NCBI GenBank assembly: GCA_002633005.1 | Contig: NMRA01000175.1 | Location: forward strand, 661,597-725,596 | DNA: 64,000 bases | Reading direction: 5' to 3' | DNA from: Phoronis australis | Lineage: Eukaryota > Animalia > Phoronida | In this document: one piece after another, positions 48,901 through 60,900 of the stretch | Position numbering within the stretch: the first letter of the stretch is position 1 | Layout of the letters: each line of letters opens with the position of its first letter | Notes under the pieces: generated by a model | Seen by the model: the letters and a program-made list of their open reading frames with translations, nothing else | What the model was told of the DNA's origin: nothing | The model's database searches: none | Translations under genes and position numbers: made by a program

Positions 48901-51900
48901 CACACCAGTAGTCCGAGAGGTCCGAAATTCGTCGTCATCCGTCATCAGCTTCTGAATCATAGGAAAATAATTGCCAAAACTCATCAAGATCCTGTGAGGG
49001 GTTTAAGAGATACAGCTGCGGATGCCAGACATCGGATGCCCGGACAGACAGAGATGACGGCACGCATAATAAAATGCTTCATTTTTCCACTTTTAATGTC
49101 AGGGTGTGCAAATTTTTATGAAACATATTCCATTTTCACAACTCAAAAACATTTTTTTGTGAGAAGGCAAAAATAAAATATTTTGAGATGCACACGTACT
49201 CTATGGCCAATTTCACGTGGGATTATGCTAAATCTAAGTCTGAGCACTAGACTTACTTGGCAGCACAAACTCCGCCCTCCTGAGGTATCTGCCGTCCCAC
49301 TTCTATCACTGACTGATAGTGTTCACTCATGGCTTCCATCAAGTCTACAAGAGCGTCCTCGTTTGATGCTAGCTGACACCAAAAGTCATCCGGACTCTCT
49401 GCATGCGACACATACACCTCTTGACGGTGGCCCACTGGGATGGTTAAACTGGGAAGAGAGGGAGCTGTTGCACCGGGCTCTACAGAGGATAAAAACAGAG
49501 GTTTTGAAAGGTTACAACAGGGGAGACAATTTAGTGGGAAAATGGTTCACACGACGAAAGAGATAAAGACCACAAATTACAAAACTGTTAAATATGAGAT
49601 AAATTTGACTCATTGCAAGTTTTTGCCAGTGAAAGAAAGAATTCACATTGCATCATTCAGGGCTTGGAATGACCAATGACAAAAAAGCGGAAACTTTTAC
49701 GGCCCAAATCATGCCCGATAACAAGCCTTTGAAATGGTCAATGTGAACCTTTCCGCGACAAAAATCGGGAGGACTAAAAAAAAAAAACATTACCACCATC
49801 AGTAGCATGCGTCTGCGTCCTTTTCGCTCGCCCGTCCACTCCCAACCCACACAAATTTGGCTGCAGAGCGGTAGTATTTGTCGCCGCGCTTAACAATAAC
49901 ACGAGCCGCCATTGAAAATCAGACCACGCTTTACCCAGATGCCCCGGCAATGTTGACAATTTACGTTCCTCCGAAACATAAAGACTTCCGCTTTCCGAGG
50001 TGAACGTCGTCTGCAACGCCGCGGTAAGAAAGGAATTTGCCGCGGAAATTTCATATCAAATCCGATTTTTTTACGCGGAAATATTATAAAAAAAGCGGAA
50101 AGCACATTTCAAAAAAGCGGAAATCCGCGTTTCCGCGGAAAATTCCAAGCCCTGATCATTACCTGTCTCGACACTCTGTTCTGCGACCTTGCCAGACCCT
50201 GACCTGTCTGCATCATCCATAGTCGAGGAAACTGCGTCCTCAGCGACAACTGTCTCAGCCGGTTGTGGTTCAGACAAAAGCAAACTGCCAATATTGGTAT
50301 CGCCATCCAACAATTTTACTGCACACGGTTCACTAGCCGAGACAAAATCTGCGGACAACTGTTTGTCTTGTGTCATGGTGGTGAACCTAAGTGTGAAAAG
50401 ACGCACAAAAGGGAACGTTACATTTTTACGGCTTTTTTGGGCAACTTGGTATATTTTACTTAGCATAAAATGTATTTTGAACCACCTTTCACACCTACCT
50501 CTCTACTTGTTCGTCTGCCCACTCCACAGATGTAACACACTCATCCAGGTAACAGTGTACCGCCATCACAGGGATACCCAACAACTCGGGATTCAGGGTC
50601 CTTAAGTTCTCGACAGTCACCGAATCCGTGTTTCCAAAGTCCACGAAATGCACTTCAATTTCATTCCCTGAAAAAAATTCCTTGCAATAATGATTTACCA
50701 TCAAATACAAGAGAGCACCTGTCCAGTTCTGTGCAACCAATACAGTGTCATCACTACAATGCTTGCCAATGAGATGCGTTAATAGTTCTCCAATTTTTCA
50801 GACCAGATTCAATGATCTCGTAACAGGGGCATTTTAGTATCGCAATATCAAACATTTTCCAGTATCACCGCACCATACTGAAGTAAGCTCCATCACCAGA
50901 TGGCGATAGCGTACTTGTTGGACTGTGCCACATACAGATTACCTGTGTCTTTGACGGAGATTTGATGCAGAGGGATTTCACCACTTTTTTATGAACTACT
51001 TGCAATCATCACATCAACAAATTTCCATGACTTGTGGGGCATAATATTCAAATGATTCGCGCAAATATGTTTTAACGTCGCAAAACACCCAACATTTAAA
51101 TGAGCAATTCGTAATTCAATGGCCTACGTGAGACAACAGTTCTACCTGTATATCATTTATTAAGATAAACATACTGGACCCTGAGCCCACAACACTCCCA
51201 AGCTAATGAATAGCTTTCAGCTCCAAATTTTTACTCGGTAGCACCACCAAATGAATATCAATCAGCTAGTGAAACACGTTGCAGAATGTTACAATTGCCA
51301 TACCTTTAACCTTCACTATCCGGGCCCTGTACCAAGCGCCATCTGCCGAGTACTTAGCACAGCACGGCATGTTGGTATCCAGCTGTTCCAAGGTCAACTG
51401 ACCGACAGATTCGGCATAAGCAGCCTCTACTTTGTCCATCATCTTATTTAACTGCTCTTCGAAATCCACCAGCTGAACATAGAAGTGACTAGGAGACTCC
51501 ACGTGACTCACATAGGCAGTTCTCCGGCTCAAAGTCAAGTCCAGAGGTATGAACTGTGCTCCTGTCGACAGTGACGCAACAGTGGAACTGTCACTGGCAT
51601 CTGCAGGCCTACCTTCAGGAAGTAGACCTGCTATATCTGTATTACCGTCAAACAGTTGGACAACAAGAGGTCTAGCAGAAACAAACTTCACCATCAGCTG
51701 CTTATCAGACGTACACCTTTCCAATATGGCAGTGGCTGCATCACTGTATCTAGAAGACTCTGGCAGGGAACACTCTACTGACATCAGGGGGTAGTCAAAG
51801 AAAGCAGGATCCAGAGAAAGCACCTCAGATACAGGTACCATATCAGCGTTGCCATAGTCGACAAACACGACCGTTACACTGGGATGATGGACTTCAGTGA

Positions 51901-54900
51901 CAGTGCCCCGGTACCACGCTCCGTCCTCGGAGAACTTGCAGCAACATGGTAGACCAACTGTAACAGAAGTCGGATGCACGTGATTGGTCGGATTACTGTA
52001 GAACGTCTGCAGCTGGTCAGTCAGGTGCTCCAACGATTCCTCAATGTTGGCCAATTGGACGAAAAAACTAGACGGCGAGTTCACATGTGTCAGGTAACCC
52101 TCAGCAGAAGACCCTGCCGAAAAGGTGGGCGATTTGTACGCAAGGGCAGCTGCACTGTCCGTTGAGCTTGAGACAACCGGCTCCTGTACCACTGCTGGAA
52201 TTGCAGACTCTGTTGACCCAGCCAATTTCATCAGCTCCACATGAATGATTCGATTCTCACCCTCCGTCTCCGTCAGTTCCACCTCATAGGTACGTCCCTT
52301 CTTGCTACAAACCCGTGCAACGAGATGTTTGTCCATTACCATTTCACGGAACTTAGACTCCACATCTGCAGACACATTCGTTGGTAGATCGACTAAACAG
52401 CAATGAATCCCCTGCGCAGGGACGACTAAAAGACTCTCAGGCATGCATCTCAGTTGATTACCAGGGACAACCTCAGAGTTACCGTAGTCAACGAAACACA
52501 CCATGACTTGATCACCATTCAAGGCAGTCACTCTGGCTCGATACCACTCCTGGTCCTCAGAAAATTTTGCCCCACATGGCTGACCCACCTCCAGTCTAGT
52601 TAGCCCAGCACAAGTACTTGTGAAGTGTGTCTTCACTTGTTCCATCACACCGTCGATGACCTCAAACTTGCTGTTCAGCTGACAATAGAATGAATGCATG
52701 TTGTCAACATGCGTGACAGTGAAGTCTACATAAGCATCCACTTGTATGTCTTCCTCGCCATACTCCAAAGCCTTTGGTTGTCCCTTGGCCAATGACAAAG
52801 CTACTACAGGAGTTGTTTCCTCTCCCCACTCAGTCTCTTCTTCATGTGACCCTCGTCCCAATGCAGAATGGACATCCCGCTGCTGTCTCATCACTTCCCC
52901 GTCACCAAAACCTCCTGTTCGCCTTTGCGTGCGCGTTTTCGGTCTCACATCCTGAGTTTTCCACTCTGGCAGTGCCCTGTCACCTCCTCCGCGATGGTCA
53001 GAGGACCCAGACGATGAATCATTAGTCCTTGCCGGACTAGGTCTTTCTGGCTTGCCACTGCGCATTCCCCTGCCAGTATCTTGAGATTTGATGCTCCTTG
53101 TCGACGCACCCCCTGAGCTGGTCTGACTACGATTCGATCCTCTACCATGGACATGCTTGGCCACATGCTCGCGACACAAGATATCTGCCACACTACCGCC
53201 ACCTACCATGACCTCCATGTCTACGAGGTACGTGTCATTATGTTGAGCTAGGAACTTGCAGACAAAGTTCCCCTTGGTGGCTAGGTCCTCAATGATTGTC
53301 GCAGCTCTGATGGGCCACGAGCCCTCGATGGGAACCACGCCACGTAGCGAGCACTTGACAGCTAGTGCCGGTATCTGACAGAACTGAGGAGCAATGGTCT
53401 TCACGACAGTGCGCGGAACTGTCTCCGTGTTTCCGTAATCAACAAACATGACATCAACCTGTGGAAGTAAACAATATGTCATCACTGATATTACGAAATG
53501 TTCAAACAACAGTCAAATATGACTATTTCAATGTATTTTTGCCTATTTCCGATTCATTAGACAAGACACAGAACATAGTGACTGTATAGATTAACAAGAT
53601 CTAAACAAATTGACAATTAATGCTATGTACAATTGTATCGCAATTCGACTGTACAGCTATAAATTGTTCCAGCCCTTAAAAATAACTTGTTTATTAATGA
53701 AGACAAGGTCAGGAGGTCGAAAATAAAGTAAAGCCAACGAAATCTCAATGATTTTAAAAAACAACAAAATCACTAGAATTCTGCAACAAATAGCCACTTT
53801 CATGTTCCAAAAGCTTGGTGGAGATCCATAATTCTCAGAATTCCTTGTCAACCACCTGCACATCCACTCGAACATTGACCCATTAGAAAAAAATTCAAGT
53901 ATAAGCAAAAAGCCAACAGCTCTCTAGGCATCCGGTTAATAGATTTTCTTCAGATTTAGCTTAAAAATAACAACTTTATGACCATTGACAAAGTATATAT
54001 TGCTCTCGGTTGTAACGAAAACCGTATTTATCAAACATTACCTGGTTGCTATGGTACCCGCCAACCCTTGCCCTGTACCAGCCCTTGTCTTGGGAGAACT
54101 GTGCAATGCACATAGTACCATTGATAATGTTGAGCTCTGCCTCCTTGGAGGGGGGAAGGCCACTGTAGTGGGCGTGTATGGCTCCCATCAACTCATCCAG
54201 GTCACTCTGCTTGGACACTAACTGACACCAGAACTCATGCGGGCTAATTGCCCAGCTGACAATCACCTGCAGTTACAAGAGCTTCAAATCAAAACCAGGA
54301 AGTTACAGGGTAATTGTTATAACGCGAATGACACAAACATATCACAAAGCAAATACACTGAACTACTGATGATCCTCATCCTTACTTACTGAACATCAGT
54401 CTAAAGAGAATAGAACGCCTCTAGGAATCACTACTATAAAGTTGGCAAAGCAAACCTATGACAACCACAATTATTGCACATTCACTTTCTTGACGAGAAA
54501 ATTACCTCAGCTGCCTCTCCACTAGAAATATCCATCTCGGGTAGGTAAGAAGAGTTGGAGCGTTTCCTTTGAGGAGGGACATTGGTCTTTTGAGATGCAT
54601 GGTGCTGGACAGGGTCGGATTCACGTCTGGGACTGGCTCGGGCGGACACAGATGGTGTCGAGACCAGAGACACCGACGGTGAGTGGAAGTTTTCACCACC
54701 CATAACTCGATTGATGTTTAGCTCCGCCTTCTTCACGTCAATCAATTCCAGCATGCACCTGCCATGACGGTCAACAGACTCCACCTTGGCGACGAGATTG
54801 TTTTCTACTAGCATTTCAAATTTCTTCTTTTCCTCTGCAGACCATTCCCCACTGCTGGGCAACACCCCAAATAGACAACACCTGATGGCTTGGGCGGGGA

Positions 54901-57900
54901 TGGTCAGAAATTCCGCCTCTATTGTCTTCAAGTCACCCGGTTCCACCTTCTCCCGGTTACCATAGTCAACAAAGTGAGCCTCGACCCATCGGCCAGATGT
55001 GTTCACTATCTCAGCACGATACCACTCCTGGTCCTCTGGGTAGCGTGCCACGCACACCAAGCCTGGACGAATGTTCTCACACACCAACTCCCCTAAAGGC
55101 AGCGACTCATACCGCTGCTTCATTCGACCCATCATGTCCTGCAGAGAATCAGCGTTCTTTATTAGTTGGCAGTAGAAATCGTTCGGGTGATTAGTGAAAA
55201 CAACAAAGACATCCAAATACTCCCCGTCTTCAACCTCCAGACTCTTGAAACAGTTCAGCGGTAAGCCAACAGAGGCCTTCCCCATATGGAACTGAGCACT
55301 AGCCGGTTTAACCTGACGAGGAGGTGACTTGGGACTGACCCTAGGTGGCAACATGACATTCCCTGGGGAGCGCGACACTTGTGGAGGGGACTTGAAGCCA
55401 TCACTGCCATCTCTAAGGGACGATACAAAGAATAATTAAAATCAACATACAACACATACAAACGAGTATAATACCATAAAATTTATTACTGTAGTGTGGT
55501 GAATTTCCTTCATTGAAATAGTTACTTCACAATCTCTCAAACAACTGTAATACGCACCACGACTGTTTACACAGTAGCATTAGAATCAATTAAAGCATTG
55601 TTGGTCATTTTGCCAAATATTCCCAGTAAAATGATGCATTACATAACTACAGGTCATTTTCAGAAAACAAGTGTAACTGCCGCCAAAACAGGAAAGTATA
55701 CATCAAACTACTTCATAACCATTTCTGAGTTAGTCTTTAACATTATGCAGAACCTTACAGACAAGTCAGGGTATTTCACCAACTATATACAAAACTATAG
55801 ATTTTAACTTTAAAGCATGTATTTTCTCAAAGCAAGAGACTTGTAGAATTTGCTGGTTGATTTTTTACTAATCTGCCATTGATTGGGACACGTGACCACG
55901 TCTTTTACATAAAATTTACCAAAAAGAAAGGTATATTGATAGCAAGACAACAGGTATCAAAAACATAACCAACTTTGATACAAATGTTCAAGATGAAAAC
56001 TCAAAACCAATGTTAAAGTTTTTAGTATTTTGTTTTTTCGATTTACGCAACTTTTGACTTATTTCATGAATATTATTATAAGTCCTACCTTCTGATATCT
56101 CCTCATGCAAATATTGGACATTTCAAAAACCATTCCTAATAGTCTTTTGGAGAACAGTGCATGGAGCACAGCAAGTTAATAGAATTTGGACATTTTTCAA
56201 GGATCCAAAATAACCTTACGTTATTAGCTTCAGAGATTGCTCGTTGAACTGTAGCCTGGACGTAACTCCTGCTATGTATTAAAGTATTATCAACTCTAGT
56301 GCTAATATCATAAAATCCTAATTTCAGATTATACCCAGGTTAATGATTTTGGAGGAATGTGATCGCTGCAATTGACCTGTCGCCAGGATTTTGAGTGACG
56401 GCTCAACTGATCAATCAGAACGCACACTTGACACACCTTCGTTTCCAAGCCGCCATTTTACACTTTGTCAGGTGAAACTTATTGTTTGTTTGCTGAGTGT
56501 CACACGACTTTTCGCAAGGGGACGGAGCTTGCGATAGGTCAATTAACTCAGTTGACAGACACATTACAACACTCGCTGTCGATCAGTCTTAACCAGTCAA
56601 TCATGACATTACCTTGGTGACGTCACAGCCAAGTATTTCTGAACCTTTTGCAGCACTTGTGCGTTCTGCTTGTCTTCAGTCACGCAGCAGGTGTAACAAC
56701 GGCCCTTCTTGCCAACAAAACGCACCTGTCAAACACAGACACATCTGTTAGCATCATTTAAAGCCTTGTGTTGTGCCATTTTTGAAAACCACCATTTTCG
56801 TTTGTGTTTTGGGATGGAACCCTTTGCCTTGTTTTTTTTAATATGGAGAGTTAGCGTTCACAAAATGTGATAAAACTAAGGACCAAGTAGTGTTTGTTGA
56901 TTGCTTCAACTGCAAAAATTTACTAAAACACATCTCACAAAGTTCTTAAATGTCACAGGGATGTCCCAATGATCACAGCTTATTTGGTGCTTTATGTCTG
57001 TGTAAGTGATATCAAGTTTGGTTTTGTCACATACGCCAGACACAATATTTGTCAGTGATAAAAGATGAATTTCATACTTTTACAATTTCACATGTAAAAA
57101 GGAACCACCACTTGATGGAGGATAAAAATCAAACAAAACACAAAGATTGACTACTTGAGCTACATTCTGGCTCTTAACTTAATTTCGAAGACTTTCCACA
57201 CTTACAGTGATTGTCTGCTCCGTAAATATCCCACTGAGTTCCTCTTCCCAGAGCTGTTCTAAGCCGGCAATGACAAAGTTGACAGAGATACGTGACGTCT
57301 CTATGAACTGAGAGGGCAACACCTTGAGCACACTGAAAGGTTTCAACTCATGGTTCCCGTAATCGATAAAGCAGACATCCGCCTGTTGACCAGTGACACT
57401 CAAAACCTAACGGAACAGAAATTTAATAGAATGCTAATGTGACTCACTACAGCTGTGCTCTCTACAACTGAAAACCCAATATATGCACTGAAGCGCGTAC
57501 TGCGCCAGAAACGAATAGTGGCAGACGTGCACTGCACTAAAAAGCACTTACAGCTGAACTGTCTTAGTGCGCATTTACCAGGCACTTCAGAAGAACACTT
57601 TACTGATTACTATACAGATATTTTTTATTTAAAAGCACTACCAAGCAATGCTCTCCACACATGAAAATCTAAACATTTGAGAAGGCCCATAGTTCAAAAC
57701 CATGGGGGGTCAGTCAAACATGTCACAGTGCCATGGGGACACATCAAAACTGGTGGTGGAGAACTCCAAAGAGAGAGATTGGAACCCTACCAGGAACTAT
57801 CTTCAATTGGCTTGTAGGCATGGACAAGATTGGGTACAGTGCATGAAAAAGAATCAAAATAGAAGCATTTGACATTGACTCTTTCGCATTGTGAGAGCAC

Positions 57901-60900
57901 AAACTTAAAAGGTGACTTTTGTTTGACTCAATTTCTAATTCTGGTGTTCAAGGACAGTAGTTAACCAAGATGAAACATCGAAAACATTCAAGTCTGGTCA
58001 ACATGCCACCTGTGGTCAAAACACACGACCTAATGAACATAGGTTTGAAAAGATTTTTGCCCCAACGGGGACCCGGGAAAGAAATCTTTTCAGACTTATG
58101 TCCATTAGGTCACGTGATGTGGCCACAGGTGGCGTGCTGAGCAGACTAAGAAATGTTTACGACATACATTTGAATGCCAGTTTAAGATTTATATATTTAT
58201 GAATATGAAACAGTTTTTCATTTGTGAAAATTTAGATCTATACATTGGACTTTGTTCTGTCCAGCATTTGAACACCTCACAGTACAACAACAGTGATTTG
58301 TCATGCTTTAAATCTTCATCCAAGTTACACGAGAAAACTGTAGGGGGCGTTACACATTTGCAAATAGGCATCCTGCTTCAAATGTTGCTCAAATTACATT
58401 ATTAAAGTTATGCCTTGTACATAAGATGTACCGAGAAACAAGAGTCCACCAGTGCCATAAATTGCCAAATGTAATGACCTGTTAGGCCTATTGGCTTTCT
58501 TTTGTCTACATCACCACGAGAATCATCTTTTAATTCTAACAGTTGTGAGTAACACCTGCACGTAATAATGTTTTATTTAGACCCCTATTCAATGAAAGTT
58601 ATCGGCCATTTGCTGTTTGTACTGGATTTTCGCGGTGACACAATATGGCACGAAAAGGCAACTTTACCTATTACTTAACATGCCTACATTTGAGTGATTA
58701 AACTCGCATTTTCTTATTTTGCTAAGGCTTTGCTAGGACTATCTGGTTAGCCTCATACATGTATCTAAAATAACTCCATTGAACTTGCACTTTAAAACAA
58801 GCTCTTGATTTCTGACCAACTGTCTGAAAAAACTCCAGACTCGAAATCCTCAAAGGAAGTTTGACAACAGAGCCTTAGTTACCTGTCCCCGGTACCAAGC
58901 GCCATCTTCAGTGAACCGAGCACAACAGTAGTCTCCAACTGCAGGGTCTGGTAAGATAGGACTACTGTCTGAACACGCATCATCTAAATCTGACTGGAGT
59001 TTGTCTAGCACCTGCGAACATACATTCATCAAGTCAGTTAAGGCGTTAAAAACCAAAGGCAAAGTGTATCAGACTAAAGCAATCAGCTAAATAACATTCT
59101 CTCCATCTCTACTTCGACAAATCCAAAGATTATACATTTTTGCATATAGCACTGTACCATATGAAACGACATAAAGCGTTGCAAAAAAGTAGCAAACATA
59201 ACTTTTAATTGAACCTAATATTACAAAGCTTCAAACTCAGCAACAGGGGATACTAAAGAAAGGAAAAGATTTGATTTACTTGTCAACCCACATCTATAGA
59301 TAGATAGAAGAGAAATCAAACAAAAAGGACCGCTGTAACTGGTCAACTGTGGATAAGTAGGAAGCAAACATTTACGAAACATGTCCCAATTAGAAAAAAT
59401 AAAGGAGACTTTTTTGAGAGCGTGAATTGCACAAACTTGTGAAAAGTCAATTTACAGAAGCCTCATTTTCAGCTGTACAGGGAACCATCCGTTGCAGGGT
59501 CACTTACCTCCATAGGGCATTTGGTCAGCTGACCAGACAGTACTGCTCCATTGACTGCAGTGATGTAGACTTCTTCAGTGTCTCCTTTCTGAATGTCCAC
59601 AGGTTTTACTTTCAATTTACTAATTTGAACACTAGTGTTTGCACTGTTATTACCTGGCGTGTTTTGTGGTAAGCCAGGATTGGCATTATTGTTACGGAAC
59701 AGGCTCTGCGCAGAACTAAAGTTAGTGTTGTTGACAAGAGACTCGCCTTGTGAAACATGAGATTTGGAATGACTTTCATGGAAATCACCTTGCTTTGAAT
59801 CTGAGTTGGTGTCAATGTTACGTGCATCTTTTGGCATGTCTTCTGCCAACAGCGCATTGATGTACACATCATGCATTCCACTTGTGTCATAGAGATCCAA
59901 AGCAAACGCGTCTCCACGCTGCGACATGACCTTTGCCACCAAGACCTTCTTAGATTCCAACGCGAGCAGATACGACAACTGCTTCTTTGACAATGGTGCA
60001 TTCACAACACCATTGAGAACACACTTCACCGCCTGATATGGCAAAACAGCGAACTGCATTTCTAGGTCTGCAATGTTTCCATATGGAATGTTTTCGCAGT
60101 GCCCGAAGTCAACCAAGAATGCCAATGCACCACCCGGTGTCAGGTCTCTGATCTCACCCCGGCACCAGTTGTGGTCACGCAAGCACTTGACCGCATACAT
60201 TTGACCGCGCTCAGGTTTGTTGACTTGTGACCTACTTCGGTCTGAGTGGGCTTCGTTGAGACTGGTGACAAATTTGTCTAGTACCATGGTGTGTCTCAGC
60301 AAATGACAATACAAAGCACCTTCTTCCCCATCAACATATGAAACACATACATTTTCAATGGAACCAATGTTCAGTGTTGTTTTATGTGGCTTGGACTGAG
60401 GCACACCATTAGCAGAAACTTCTCTCTTCGTGTTTGTCGCTGGAGTTAACAAATCCAATATGAGTCCGTTATCGTCAATTTTCATCAAATCAACAACATA
60501 TTTGTTGTCTATTTTTGACACCACTTTCATTTTCAGTTGGCTATCCATGACTAGCTCTTGAAACTTTTCTATTACTGTTGCAGACAAATCAGGAGTGACC
60601 CCCCGCAGGCAACAAAGGACTGACATCTGTGGTACACTCACGACCTCTGGATCTAAAACTTGTAATTCGCTAATGTCTTTACTCTCTGAGTTGCCGTAGT
60701 CCACAAAGCGAACAACACAATTTTGGCCTTGGATACTCTCTACCATTCCTCTGTATTGTCCTTGATCTTCACTGAATACACAGAGACACGCAGACCCAAT
60801 GGAAATCTGAGACAACTCTCTGCTTGCTTGTAAACTGGATAGCCTGTCCATTAGTTCATTTAATTTACCTTCCTCAGACACGAGTTGTATCCAAAATGAT

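Noticed and set aside
36919-49074. Regularly spaced conserved motifs with variable spacers resembling a CRISPR array
   Set aside because: The spacers are homologous to each other (higher-order tandem repeat), there are no cas genes, the context is eukaryotic introns, and the termini match Helentron-type elements.
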